A stretch of DNA of 64,000 nucleotides from Phyllosticta citribraziliensis (lineage: Eukaryota): positions 620,001-684,000 of the forward strand of contig NW_027117346.1 in NCBI RefSeq assembly GCF_038025025.1. Reading direction: 5' to 3'. How positions within the stretch are numbered: the stretch's first letter is position 1; each line of letters begins with the position of its first letter. Below are positions 37,646 to 48,836 of this stretch, one piece after another. Below the pieces are notes generated by a model. It searched no databases. It was given only the letters and a program-made list of their open reading frames with translations, and had not been told where the DNA came from. The translations under genes were made by a program, and so were the position numbers.

Positions 37646-38122
37646 GAACCATTGCTAGACGTTTGGGTTTGGTGTGTCTTTGGAGTTGGAATTAATCATT
37701 TTTCCTCCGGACGCGACGCGTGCATGCATGGCAGACGAGTCTCTGCAATCCACTTTCAAAACGTGACAAGCCTTCGGCATTTTTTGAACAACAGTCAAAA
37801 AGTGAATTTACTCGTGCCTCAAAGTCCTGTCCATTCGCCCATTGCTTGATGCGTTGTGTAGTGTTGACGAAATCAGGAGGGCTGGCATGATGGACAACAG
37901 AAGGGTATCGTAGTCTGTGTGGCATGTGGAACGAATTGTAAGCTTCCCCAGAACATGCACGCAGCATTGATAAGATTCGTAGTATCTTCTCTAGGACTTT
38001 TTCAACAGACTGCCGCAGCATCAACGACGAGTATATGAGAACCGCGAACCCGATCATTACACCACCCTCTTGATCAAATCATGCTCGAAGACCAGAAAAG
38101 GCCCTCATCTCTCCTCTCCTTT

Positions 38123-39432
38123 TCACCTTCCCTTCTTCGCAGATTTTCCCTGCGCCCCACTGCCGCCGCCCGCTTGCACCTTGGCATTGCCTTTCTCCTT
38201 CTCCTTTCCGTCATCGACAGCCCCACACAGTACGACCTCATCCCTAGCCCACACCAACGCGACGACCGCGGCCGCCGGCCCACCCACAACAGTCCACAGC
38301 AAGCTCCTCCCCAAAAGTCCCGCAAAGAAGCTTCCCTTCTCGCGCGTGTCCCCGCGATACACGGTGCCCGCCCACACCAGCGCCGCCGCACAGCTGACCG
38401 CCTCATCCCACTGCAAGAAGCGCAGGATGCCCTCGTTCAGCGGTAGCGCGACGCCCGGCGCCGTCGGGCGGGGCAGGAAGACGCTCAACGGCTCGAACGC
38501 GTCGACGATGTGCGGCGCAAACGCCGACGGGGCGAGCAGAGTGCCGAAGGACAGGGTGAAGGCTGACACGTGCGACGTCACGGCCAGTGTGAGCGCGAAG
38601 ACGTGAAGACGGGTCAGCGCAGCGTAGGTCTTGCCCGGCGCGCTGAGGCGCTCGGTGGTTGCGCGCGTCGCGAACAGCGGGCGTAGCGCGTACCACGCGA
38701 GCGAGATCCACAGTGGGAACGGCTGCCACAGCGCGATGGCAATCTGGTGGAAGTCGTGCGAGACGACGTCTGGTGCGGGGAGTGCCATGGCCATTGAGGG
38801 GACTGTTAGACCGAGGAAGACGGCAGGTGGGAGGGCGGCGATGGAGGGCGTCGGGAGCGACAAGGCAACGGGGAGTGCGGACGTGGGGCGTTGGCGTTTG
38901 GTGAGCAAGTACAGCATGCCCCAGATGGGGATTGTGACTGCTAGGGAGATGTTTTGGAACAGGAGGCCGAAGATGGTTGTGCTGTGTAGAACAACGTCAG
39001 TGTGAACCATGTCCAAAGAAACAACGGCACCTCAAGCGCAGCCGCGAATTTGGGGAGACTTGATATTCCGTACAACGTAATGAGTCGTCCCTGATTTCCA
39101 GTCCTCATGGCCTCCAGGACCATGACAGCCCAGAACGCCCCCGTTTGTCCCACAAAATGTATGCCTTGCAGGAAGAGACGCGGGCTGCTGCCGCTCGTAA
39201 TGGGCCAGAAGAATATTTGCAGGAACACCAACTGCTGGTCGATGGGCCCAATTCCCGTGTAGTACTTTTTCAACGGCACGTCTGCGCCCGGTACGTTGGG
39301 GTCGCCTCGCATAACATGCGCTGTTATGTTGGGCATCAGGCCGTTGTTGAAGGAGCAGACGAAGACGCCGTAGATGGCGGCGGCGACGAGGCCGGGCAGG
39401 AGAACTGTCGTGGAGAGCGTCAGGTTTGGCAT
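38123..39432 (-). CDS. Multi-pass membrane protein, CtvD/AurD/AtmA-like (putative epoxide hydrolase/cyclase family)
   Basis: ATG 39432, intron 39073-38982. Motifs YTGIGPIDQQLVFLQIFFWP, VLEAMRTGN, IALWQPFPLW, FLQWD and GGPAAAVVALVWARD recall this family; several transmembrane segments. Confidence 0.7.
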
Positions 39433-40227
39433 TTTGGACAAGTTCCTCCTGGGGGTTCAATGGCTGAGGAAGGAAGAGGGTCGATTGAAAAGTAGCTGGA
39501 CAAGTTCATGGCGCCGAATTCCACCTTGGCGTCGCTTGCGATGAGCGGGCAGGGTCGGATGAGTTCATGCGGGGTTCGGATGTGTCTCCGTTGTCGCCAA
39601 ATGGTGTTGCTGGCTTCCTTGTGAAGATTTTTGGCGGCAGCCAAAGAGGGGACGGTAGGTGTGCGCTGGCTGGTGCCTGGTTCGGCGTGGTAGGGCTGCC
39701 GAGGCGCGTTGTTACGGCCGCATGTGGTTTCGGGCGTGTCGGGGTGGTGTTGAGTGGAGGTCAAGGCGAAGCTTCCTTGGGAGCTTGGGGGTTGTGGCGG
39801 GGGCTTGGTTTGTGCTACCAGCACTGGTTGGTGAGCCTAATGCCACCTCCCACCATGAAAACAAACAAGACTCGTATGTTTCTTCATCTTCGTTTGTTTT
39901 CGAGATGAAATCCCGGCTTCTTTTCCCCTCTTCCTGACCCCGAAAGAGTGGATCCCCCATCGCTGATCTCTTTGCAGGGTAGTACTTGTTCCAAGCAAAC
40001 GGGAAACCAGGATCGAAGAAATTCAAAACTCACTGCAGAAAAGACCGGACTCATGGCAAAGAACAATTGATGATTTTGCAGATGGTTCATTGACAGCTTC
40101 ATGACCTCGACGCTTGAACATCTCCCCGTCTTTAGTTCCCACTAGTGAACTTCCCCCTTTGCTCACGCGAAGTTGACATTGTCAACACACAACATTCAAC
40201 AACACATTTGCGACATATTGGATCAAC

Positions 40228-41228
40228 ATGTTTCCCATCGCCACAATCATTTCTCTAGTTGCCATTTGCTCCTCTGCAAATGGCTTCTTTTCTTCGCCAC
40301 TGGCGTGCAAACCACAGTCTCAACCGAATCCAATCGCAAAGACGTATCCGAAAGAAGTAACTGGTACCTTCAATGGAACACTCGCCGTAGTCCCAATTCC
40401 TCTTTCGAAGGCCCAGGAGATCATTGGACACGAGTACAGAATCTTGACAGACGCATATCAGAAGTTCCTGCCCACATTCCCGAAAGATATGTATCCTGCC
40501 ATCGTTCAAGCCGTACAGGACCACGACGTTCAATCCTTTGGAATCAAGATACCAGACTTTACGGTGAGCATCAACTTCGGGAGGACCCATATTGTTCCGC
40601 AAAAGAAGAGCAGACTGACATCGACCAGCGAATCAGCATCGAATACCCCTTCGTCGACCTTCTCAACGACGGCTACACCTCCTTCCGCTACGTCCCTGTC
40701 CAAGCCATGGTATCTACAAACATCGTGTCCATCCTCGGCTCGGCCGCCTATGGAACGTACGTGGTGCCCTCGACATTCACACCAACCTGCGATCCATACG
40801 ACTTTGCCCCTGACGCTCCCGCCGACACCACCTTCCTTGACGCCCACGTCGGATTTGACAAATTCAATGGCCAGCCACCCTCCATCGCAACGCTCTTTCA
40901 CGCTATAGACCATGACGACCACGGTGATGGTGACCACAGTGGTCCCGCTCTTGGCCCGTATTCGATGCAATTTTACATAAATGCTACTAATCAGCCGACG
41001 TACGCTAATCCGTCCCGCGGCTGCGACAACATGATTCGGTTCTTCAATACGTCGATTACGGCGCCACCGTACCAGCCGGTGGGCGTCAAGGGTCATGTCA
41101 AGGTCAGCGACCCTTTCTTCCCTGGCGGCCAGGAGTGGCATGATGTTTGGGGCCTTCGCCTTGACACAGCCTTCATTGAGCACAACTTTATCAAATGCGA
41201 GAAGCTGAAGGGGTACTCTGTTTCCTGA
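40228..41228 (+). CDS. Secreted hypothetical protein (~310 aa)
   Basis: Signal peptide MFPIATIISLVAICSSANG. Intron 40564-40628 joins ...KIPDFT to RISIEYPFVDLLNDGYTSFRY. Four Cys in the predicted mature region. No function recognised. Confidence 0.8.
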
Positions 41229-41536
41229 GATGAATTTTGGATGCGCCAGTTGCCGAGCTTTTGTGCGGGAGCTTGGAATGAGAGGCTGTCTCTTTGGATA
41301 TTGTATGTATGTGTAGAATCCATCAACCATCGAAGCAGGGGGGCAATTCGCATGATCCCTTACCAAAAGCCGCTCTCTTACCAAACAATGTCGATTCAAC
41401 CGCGCTGACCAAAATACCCTGAGCTCCCTGCGTACGCACGGGACCACTTTTCGCCCTTCTCGCTACCAAGAATCCAGCACCACCCTGAAGCCAAAAAGAA
41501 GAAGAGCCCGCAAGCAAAAAGTTAACAGTGCGCGAG

Positions 41537-41629
41537 TAGGTTGGCCAGGACTTGAACCTGGGACTTGCCACGGAAGAGTTTAGGTAAACCCGCGACACAT
41601 GTTTTCCTCTATAGACACACCTTCAACCC
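41537..41629 (-). ncRNA. Degenerate tRNA-like element (pseudo-tRNA, tRNA-derived Pol III RNA or SINE head)
   Basis: Minus strand: perfect T-arm CCAGG-TTCAAGT-CCTGG (B box), acceptor GGGTTGA/CCAACCT+A (one mismatch, one G-U), D stem GTGT/ACAT, extended anticodon-position hairpin, and a T5 run about 17 nt downstream (plus-strand A5 at 41516-41520). No canonical U33/anticodon loop. Confidence 0.55.
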
Positions 41630-42311
41630 TTGGGTTATGGGCACGCGCTGTATACTGAAGTACCGGCGGAACTTGTTTATTTAGTGATTTTCCTTTTTGC
41701 GTTGGATGCGCAAGATTTCTGAAGCGGAGCTCTTTGCTGGAGTCGAAATGCAAGTCGAAGGTAATTTTTGTGGAAGCCTTTTTTCAACTCCGTCTGGACT
41801 GAAGCGTGAATTCGAATTTTCGGCTCTCACTGCGACGTGTAGGTCTAGGCCATCGAATGACGCCTGACGCACGATCAGATCATGAGCACGTGGAGACCTT
41901 CATACACTGGTCCCTGAGGAGCCGTGAGTTGAAAGACAAAGCCGCTGAGCTCACATCTCAGCAGCAAGATCGCACAGCAAGCTTCTGGCTCCCGAAAAGC
42001 CTCTTCGGACAAACGCGATTCCAGTGGGAAACCTTGCGGCGCAGGTTCGCTGAGTTTCTAATTGAAGCCGCCCTGTTGAGACTAACAAAGTCAAAACGTT
42101 TGATGGCACAATCATTGATCGAAGGAACATAAGTGTTGTCAGGGTCTCCAGCCTTCAACAACTGTCAGGGTTTCAACGACCAGCGATCTTCGGGTCTATG
42201 CCTGTCTTGCGGCCTTTTCTCGGGATTCTTCCTTGCTTAACCGACCAACCACCTGGTCCCGACCTGCGACCCGGCCGACACCACACCTTCGCAACCTCAC
42301 TCATTCTTCCG

Positions 42312-42899
42312 CTATCTCTGCGCCTCAAGGCCTCATTACTCCGAAGTCCTTGGCAAGAACCTGTCTCACGACCCTCTGTCGCCTGATAACCGCTCCGGAA
42401 GCCATCTTATCTCGCCACAGCTTCTAGAAGCGACGGCTTTTCTAGCGCGAATTTGTTGCCGTTGCACGCTGGCGGTCTTGGCCACCAATATACGACTGCG
42501 ACCTTCCTCTTGGAGAATCTTGACTCGCAGATGGAAGGCACTTCTTGGGTAGTACCAGGCTGGGCAAGACAACACGTGAATGCTGATGGCGCAAAAGTCA
42601 GGCCAAAGGATGCCAGGAGCAGCTTTTATACCCCGCATCATTGGATCAGCGCGGCCTGCAACCAGGTTCATCGCATGCACCTCTTCGGCCCATCAGCGGT
42701 CGCTGCAGGCAATCGTCGCCCGTTGTAGGGCACTAGCTGTATTCAAAGTTGCAAATCTTCCTTCCTTGAGCGACTACATGCATGCCCTTACATTTAAGCT
42801 TACTTGGCTCCCGGCCAGCCAACGGCCTCCCGTCAATGCCTTGGCTGATACGACAGCGGCTTGCAGACCCGTACTGATAATGCGGTGAGATGGCTATCT
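42312..42899. promoter_or_regulatory. Cluster of HGATAR sites upstream of PTR2 (possible AreA/Nit2 nitrogen control)
   Basis: CTATCT 42312, TGATAA 42384, TTATCT 42407, TGATAA 42875 and CTATCT 42894, all within 800 bp of the ATG. Confidence 0.4.
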
Positions 42900-43099
42900 T
42901 TTGTGCCTGGATGCAATGTCTAGGTGCAACGCGCTATTATCCTTCAGTACTTAGTCGTGATGATACAGCCGTCCAGTGATTGGTGCTTTCCTCAAGAGGC
43001 GAAAAGGGATGCAGATTAAATGCGGAAGACTTCCTTTCCTCCCAGCCTCGTGCTGCCTCGACCCTGTCTTGTTGTCCACCACCCAATTGACCTCCAAAC

Positions 43100-45194
43100 A
43101 TGGCAACCGGTGACCATGGCGCTACTGAGGCAGTGATGTGCGTTTCTTCAAAATCAATTGAAGTCGCATGCAAGGCTGACGAATTTTTAGGTTGGAAGAG
43201 TCCGTCAAAGCAGAAGCAAAGCAGCAGGGCCACGCTAATGACGACCATTCGCCGCCGAGCCAGTCCCTGGTCCATGAAAAGACAAACAACGTGGAAGCCG
43301 ACGAAAAGGCGCCGTCCATTACTCCGGATGGAGAAGAGCCCTCGGATGACGACAAACGACATTTGCGCAAAGTTGGAGAAAGTCTACCCGTCTCCGCCTT
43401 CCTGATTGCATTTGTCGAGCTTTGCGAAAGGTTCACCTACTACGGAATGGGTGGCTTGTTCCAAAATTACATTCAACGGCCATTTGACGGCAGTCAAGGC
43501 CGTGGTGCACTTGGTAAGAATCCTTTCTACGGTCTCCAGAGCGTTGCACTCACTGTACGAAAGGAATGGGCCACCAGGGAGCAACTGGTCTAAACTTGTT
43601 CTTCCAATTATGGGCCTATGTCTCGCCAATTATCGGAGCCATCATCGCAGACCAATATCTGGGAAAATATGTTACCATTGTAGTCTTCTGCGTCGTATAC
43701 ATCGTTGGACTTTTTATCCTTTTACTCACTTCTTTGCCTGTGTCATTGGCTCACGGGGCTGGTTTGGTAAGATTCTCCACTTGGAAACCAAGAGACATTA
43801 CTGATATAATCCAGGGAGGCTTCATCACAGCTGCCATTGTTATTGGACTTGGCACTGGAGGAATCAAGTCAAACATTGCACCCCTGATCGCCGACCAGTA
43901 CAAGAGACGAAAGATGGAAGTGAAGACGCTTCCAACCGGCGAGCGCATCATCATCGATCCCAGCGTCACCATCCAGCGTATTTACATGGTAAGCACTGCG
44001 GGATGACTCTGCCATCTCTCAATGGGCAGCAGTATTTCCATGTTACCTCTGCTGACCCTGCGGAAAGATCTTTTACCTATGCATCAACTGCGGCAGCTTG
44101 GCACTGCTTGCGACACCGTACATGGAGCGCGATGTCGGCTACTGGTCAGCATATCTCCTTTGTTTGCTCGTATTTTTCTGCGGCCTCGCCGTCCTCCTCC
44201 TCGGGAAGAAATACTATATTGTTAGACCTCCGGAAGGATCAGTCATCACCAACGCCTTCAGAGCCATTTGGATCATGATCAAGCGCCGGAGCCTGGATGC
44301 ACCAAAACCTTCGTACCAAGCGCGGCTCGGGAATTCGCAGGTCATGAAATGGGATGACAAATTTATCGACGAGCTCAAGAGAGCATTGATAGCCTGCAAA
44401 GTCTTTTGCTTCTACCCCGTGTACTGGGTGGTGTACAGTCAATTTTCAAACAATTTTGTCTCGCAAGGTATGTTCCACATGCGTGCAAATGTCCTTGGCT
44501 CTGCAAGAACAATCCCAATGTTTACTGACAGCTCTTTAGCCGGCGACATGCGAGGCCACGGCATTCCCAACGACCTCATGCAGAACTTCGACCCGATTGC
44601 AATCATTGTCTTTGTTCCGATCCTCGACCGCTTGGTGTACCCCTTGATGCGCAAGATGCACATCCGCTTCCCGCCTATCAACCGCATCACGCTTGGATTT
44701 TGGGTCGGCTCTCTCGCCATGGCGTATGCAGCAATTGTGCAGCATCTCATCTACTCTTCAGGGCCATGTAAGACATCCACTTCCATCGACTCTGAGTTCC
44801 AACTGACACGGACAAAAAAGGCTACAAGGACCCTCTCTGCCCGGCCTCCGAAGACTCCTCCGGCACAGCTCAGGGCAATCACATCCACATCGCCGTGCAA
44901 ACACCCGCCTACATGCTCATCGGTATCAGCGAGATCTTTGCCAGCGTGACGGGCCTCGAGTATGCCTACACCAAGGCGCCGCCGTCGATGAAGTCGTTTG
45001 TGCAGAGCATGTACCTGCTGACCAACGCGTTTGGCTCGGCCATTGGCATGGCGCTGGTGTCGGTTTCGGTCGACCCCAAGATCCTGTGGATGTTTGTTGG
45101 TCTGAGCTGCGCGAGCTTCATTGCGGGGTGCTTGTTTTGGCTCTGCTTTCATCATTTGAATGATGCAGAGGACGAATTGAATGCGCTGTCATGA
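43100..45194 (+). CDS. PTR2: POT/PTR family di/tripeptide transporter
   Basis: Multi-exon gene. Motifs ELCERFTYYG (ExxERFxYYG), GAIIADQYLGKY, GTGGIKSNIAPLIADQY, INCGS, GLEYAYTKAPPSMKS. Confidence 0.95.
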
Positions 45195-45651
45195 GGCTGT
45201 GGCCGGGGTCCATGGAAGGTGTGGGCGAGTTGATTGGGACAGTATAGGTCGGTCTTCGATTGAGTGAGAGATACCTTTCATAGGGCAAATGCTTTGGGCC
45301 GCATCAGAAGAGTCAGAGCTGCTCGGCTGGGAGGGAGCAGCATGCAGTGTTTTGATTGTGTGGGAGGGGAGTGAAATCAACCAGAGGAAAAGATACGCTT
45401 AGTCGCTTGCTCGACCCAACGTCTCAAGACTGCAATTGACTTTAACACCATGAAGTGTTAACTTGCCGTGCACGGCGACTTTCCGACCGCACCGTCACGC
45501 GGACTCAACTTAGTAGCACCTACGCACCGCCAAACGACTGTACTTTTCATTCTCTGCCACACTTTTCATTCTCTGCCACCGACAACCCATCCACCCAGAC
45601 TTCCTCTTACAACCGCATCCCTCGACCGTGTCACTCCCGTCATCAAGAACC

Positions 45652-46710
45652 ATGACGCGCAAGCGTAAACACGCGCAGTCGAGCCTCGTCGGCATTGAAC
45701 CTCTCGCTGCGGATGAAGCAACCCAAACTCTCGGTGTTGACGACAAAGACGACATTCCGAAACGACGCCGCCTGACCGCTGGTACTCACAAGAAAGCTCC
45801 TAATGACGACCTCGCAAAAGCCACCAGAGCTCTCCGAAGATTCCACTTCGATGACCCACGCGACAAACTCCCACTGGGCGAATTCCCTCGCGAAATCGTA
45901 CGCCAAATTGGTGATCATCTACCCGTCGATTCATTGCTCTCACTTGCGGCCACTTGCAAGAACCTCAAGCGCCTTCTCCGTCCAGTCACAAAGCACCTGG
46001 AAGTCGATCGCACCTCTCGCCAGACCTTCGCAAGATTTCTCGAACGCGATGCGATTTCGCGGACCGCCGCACGTGAGCGAGCCAGCGTCCACGACTACAT
46101 GAGAGCTTGCTCAGCTTGTATGAAGCTACACCACGTCGTCGATTTTTCTGCAACTCAGCTTCTTCAGTCACCTAAGACCAGAAAGTGCCGGGGCCAGGAG
46201 GCCGTTCTTCGCCTGTGTGAGCACATGACTGTGTCATGGGAGTTCTTGAGAAAGAGCGAGATGGATTGGTCCCAAATTTGTCACGACTTCGGCTGCATGC
46301 TCCGCTGCAAAAAGGAACGCCCTGGCATCATGACTTCGCCATCTCAGACTCACGACATTGCCGTCGTTGCGCGTTTTACGCTTTCAACCTTTAAAAGAGG
46401 AGCTACGGTGTACGAAAAAGACATCAGGGCTTCTCTGGGACGCCTCGGCTTTCGGATCTGCCCCCATACAGTTACGAACTCCAATCAATTTGCCGATCTT
46501 GAGGGATTGGAAGTGAATCACAAGCCCGAGGAATATCGCATCTTGGGTGCATTCGAAAAATGCCCCGATTCAAGTTGCTCGACTAGATTTCGCGTCGATG
46601 CGCATCCCAGGTTATTCTCGACCTCCATTGAGCTTGTCATCGAGAGGATAGTCGGGGCCTTAGTATATGCCGACGACACAGATTGGCTGGTTCAGTGTGG
46701 AGCCAATTGA
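45652..46710 (+). CDS. F-box-like + Cys/His-rich domain protein, paralogue 1 (352 aa)
   Basis: Intronless. F-box-like LGEFPREIVRQIGDHLPVDSLLSLAATCKNLKRLL; then RACSACMKLH...FSATQL...RKCRG, CEH, CHDFGC, CPHTVT, CPDSSC and DTDWLVQC. Basic N-terminus (RKRKH, PKRRRL). Confidence 0.85.
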   Translation: MTRKRKHAQSSLVGIEPLAADEATQTLGVDDKDDIPKRRRLTAGTHKKAPNDDLAKATRALRRFHFDDPRDKLPLGEFPREIVRQIGDHLPVDSLLSLAATCKNLKRLLRPVTKHLEVDRTSRQTFARFLERDAISRTAARERASVHDYMRACSACMKLHHVVDFSATQLLQSPKTRKCRGQEAVLRLCEHMTVSWEFLRKSEMDWSQICHDFGCMLRCKKERPGIMTSPSQTHDIAVVARFTLSTFKRGATVYEKDIRASLGRLGFRICPHTVTNSNQFADLEGLEVNHKPEEYRILGAFEKCPDSSCSTRFRVDAHPRLFSTSIELVIERIVGALVYADDTDWLVQCGAN

Positions 46711-47819
46711 ATACAGAGGCCCATATCAACGCCAAAGGGAAGGAGAAGTACAAAGCATTGGGGGATCAGATCAGACCATGGACTGCGAGGCTGTGACCTC
46801 AGATGGCGAACACCGGCTGAGGGAGGAAATCTCGGGTCGCTACACCAGGCTAGGAAGTAGAACAAAACAACAGTGAAATCGGAGCATCGTGGAAATTAAG
46901 CAAATGATGTTTTTAGTACTGCTGCATACTCAGAGTTCTTGCAATACTGCACTTTGCGGATGGCGTTGGGAGAGAATAGAGGCTCTTGGACATCACGAGC
47001 GTCAGCTCGACGATAGGATGAAGACACCCAATTTGAATGTCTCCAGGACACTCACGAGGAGGAAGGCTGTTGGGCAATGTAGAGTAGAAGCGTTGTACGA
47101 GAAAGACGTTCGAAACCACTGAAAGTGTTCCTGGCTTGCGGAGACAACGATGGCGTTGCCAGGTACCTATATAAACTGCAACCGCGACATCATTCGTATC
47201 AGCCGGTTAGCGCAATGGAATAGGACTCCGTCTCAACACTGTTGTCACCGACACCTTAAAGTGTAAAACCTGAGGGTGTGTGAGCGTAGGGTTTACGCGA
47301 TGCGGGAAGCAATTCCCCAAGCAGCCCAGACTTGAGTTCGACTCCCTCTTGGGGAGGAATGAAAGAAGGGTAAGCGCGTTTCTTTTTGATCTTTTGCGGT
47401 GTCGAGCGAGGCCTTAGGCTTTTGTTTTTTGTGGCTGTTGTTTGGATAAGGAGCGTTCGTTCACCACTGCGGCTGCGCTTGTTGTTGTGGAGCTGTCGTC
47501 CGCTACCTGAGTTGCGCTCAGGGAGCATTCATCCACCGTTACAGCTGCGCTTAGAGAAGCAGTGAAGCGGTGAGACTTGCGCAGACTTGAATCGTGAGCA
47601 TCTTGACATTGGTGTCGTTGGGTACATGTACTGAATGCTCCCAAACTCGGCAACACCCCGTCGAGCACCTGCCTCGTCGTGCCTGCCCGGCGTCCGCCAG
47701 CGCGCACCATCTACCCTCCCGTCTCCCTCTTCAACCTCTCCCACACCACTCAACTCACCAACCTTCCTCCACGACAACCTTGATCTACGCCGCCCCGAGA
47801 GCCGTAGCGCTCAACCTCA

Positions 47820-48836
47820 ATGTCTTCAGCGAAGCGGCCGCGTCTCTCCCAGTCGCAGCCGGCTGACGACGCTGCAAAGCCCCACTCGGATCAGCCGCTC
47901 AGTTCCAACCACCGCCATGACACCTTCCGGCTTGGAGAACTGCCCCCCGAGCTCGTGTTTCGGGTCAACGACTACCTTCCCACCGCGTCCTCACTTTCAC
48001 TCGCGGCAACATGCAAAGGTCTGAGGCAACTCCTCGACTCCAAGACTAAGCAGGCGCTGCGCGAGTTTGAAGTCTTCCGCAAGTCCCTCAAGTCCCGTCA
48101 GGACCGGAAAGCGTTGCTCACTCCGCGCAACGAGTTTCTGGGTTTTCTCCGACGTGATGCTCTTTCGAGGGCCGCCAGCTTCGAACGAGGCCGCGAAAAC
48201 GAAGCTCTACGAGTCTGCTCGTTCTGCGCGAGACTCCATTCCAGAAGTGCATTTTGTGCCGGGCAACTGATGCAACCACCGGAGACACGGAAATGTCGGG
48301 GAGTTGAAGAAGGCGCCTTCCGGATGTGCCAGCACGTCGGTTTTGAGTGGAACTCCCTAAGGACCACTCCAAGCTTTACACGTTTCGACTGTCAAAAGTG
48401 CGATAGGCGTACTTACAGTTTCCACGAGCGGGCCAACGTCCCTCTCTGGAACCAAGAGCCTTATGTCCACTTTCAGCTGAGGACTTATCGGCGTATCCTA
48501 AGCTATGAACCGGGGACAGAAGTTTACGGAAAGGACATCAGAAGTCGGCTGGGAGAATTGTGCCTGAACTTGTGCCCCCACACGGTGACAAGCTCGAAGC
48601 ACTTTGCTTGCATTCAAAATATGGAGTTCGTACGGGACGTGAGAGAGGCCACCTGCGTCGGACAAGAGCTTTGCATCTATCCGGGCTGCAAGACGACTTT
48701 TTACTTGTCTTGGCACACTCCTTGGACCATTGTTGGTTCCAGGCGTGGGACCATCTCCATTGTCACCGAACGAAATTTAGGACGTTTGGAGGATGCCACC
48801 GACCCAGACTGGCTAATTCAATGCGGCCTCCTTTGA
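47820..48836 (+). CDS. F-box-like + Cys/His-rich domain protein, paralogue 2 (338 aa)
   Basis: Intronless. LGELPPELVFRVNDYLPTASSLSLAATCKGLRQLL; RVCSFCARLH...QL...RKCRG, CQH, CQKC, CPHTVT, CIYPGC, RNLGRLEDATDPDWLIQC. NLS-like AKRPRL. Confidence 0.85.
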   Translation: MSSAKRPRLSQSQPADDAAKPHSDQPLSSNHRHDTFRLGELPPELVFRVNDYLPTASSLSLAATCKGLRQLLDSKTKQALREFEVFRKSLKSRQDRKALLTPRNEFLGFLRRDALSRAASFERGRENEALRVCSFCARLHSRSAFCAGQLMQPPETRKCRGVEEGAFRMCQHVGFEWNSLRTTPSFTRFDCQKCDRRTYSFHERANVPLWNQEPYVHFQLRTYRRILSYEPGTEVYGKDIRSRLGELCLNLCPHTVTSSKHFACIQNMEFVRDVREATCVGQELCIYPGCKTTFYLSWHTPWTIVGSRRGTISIVTERNLGRLEDATDPDWLIQCGLL

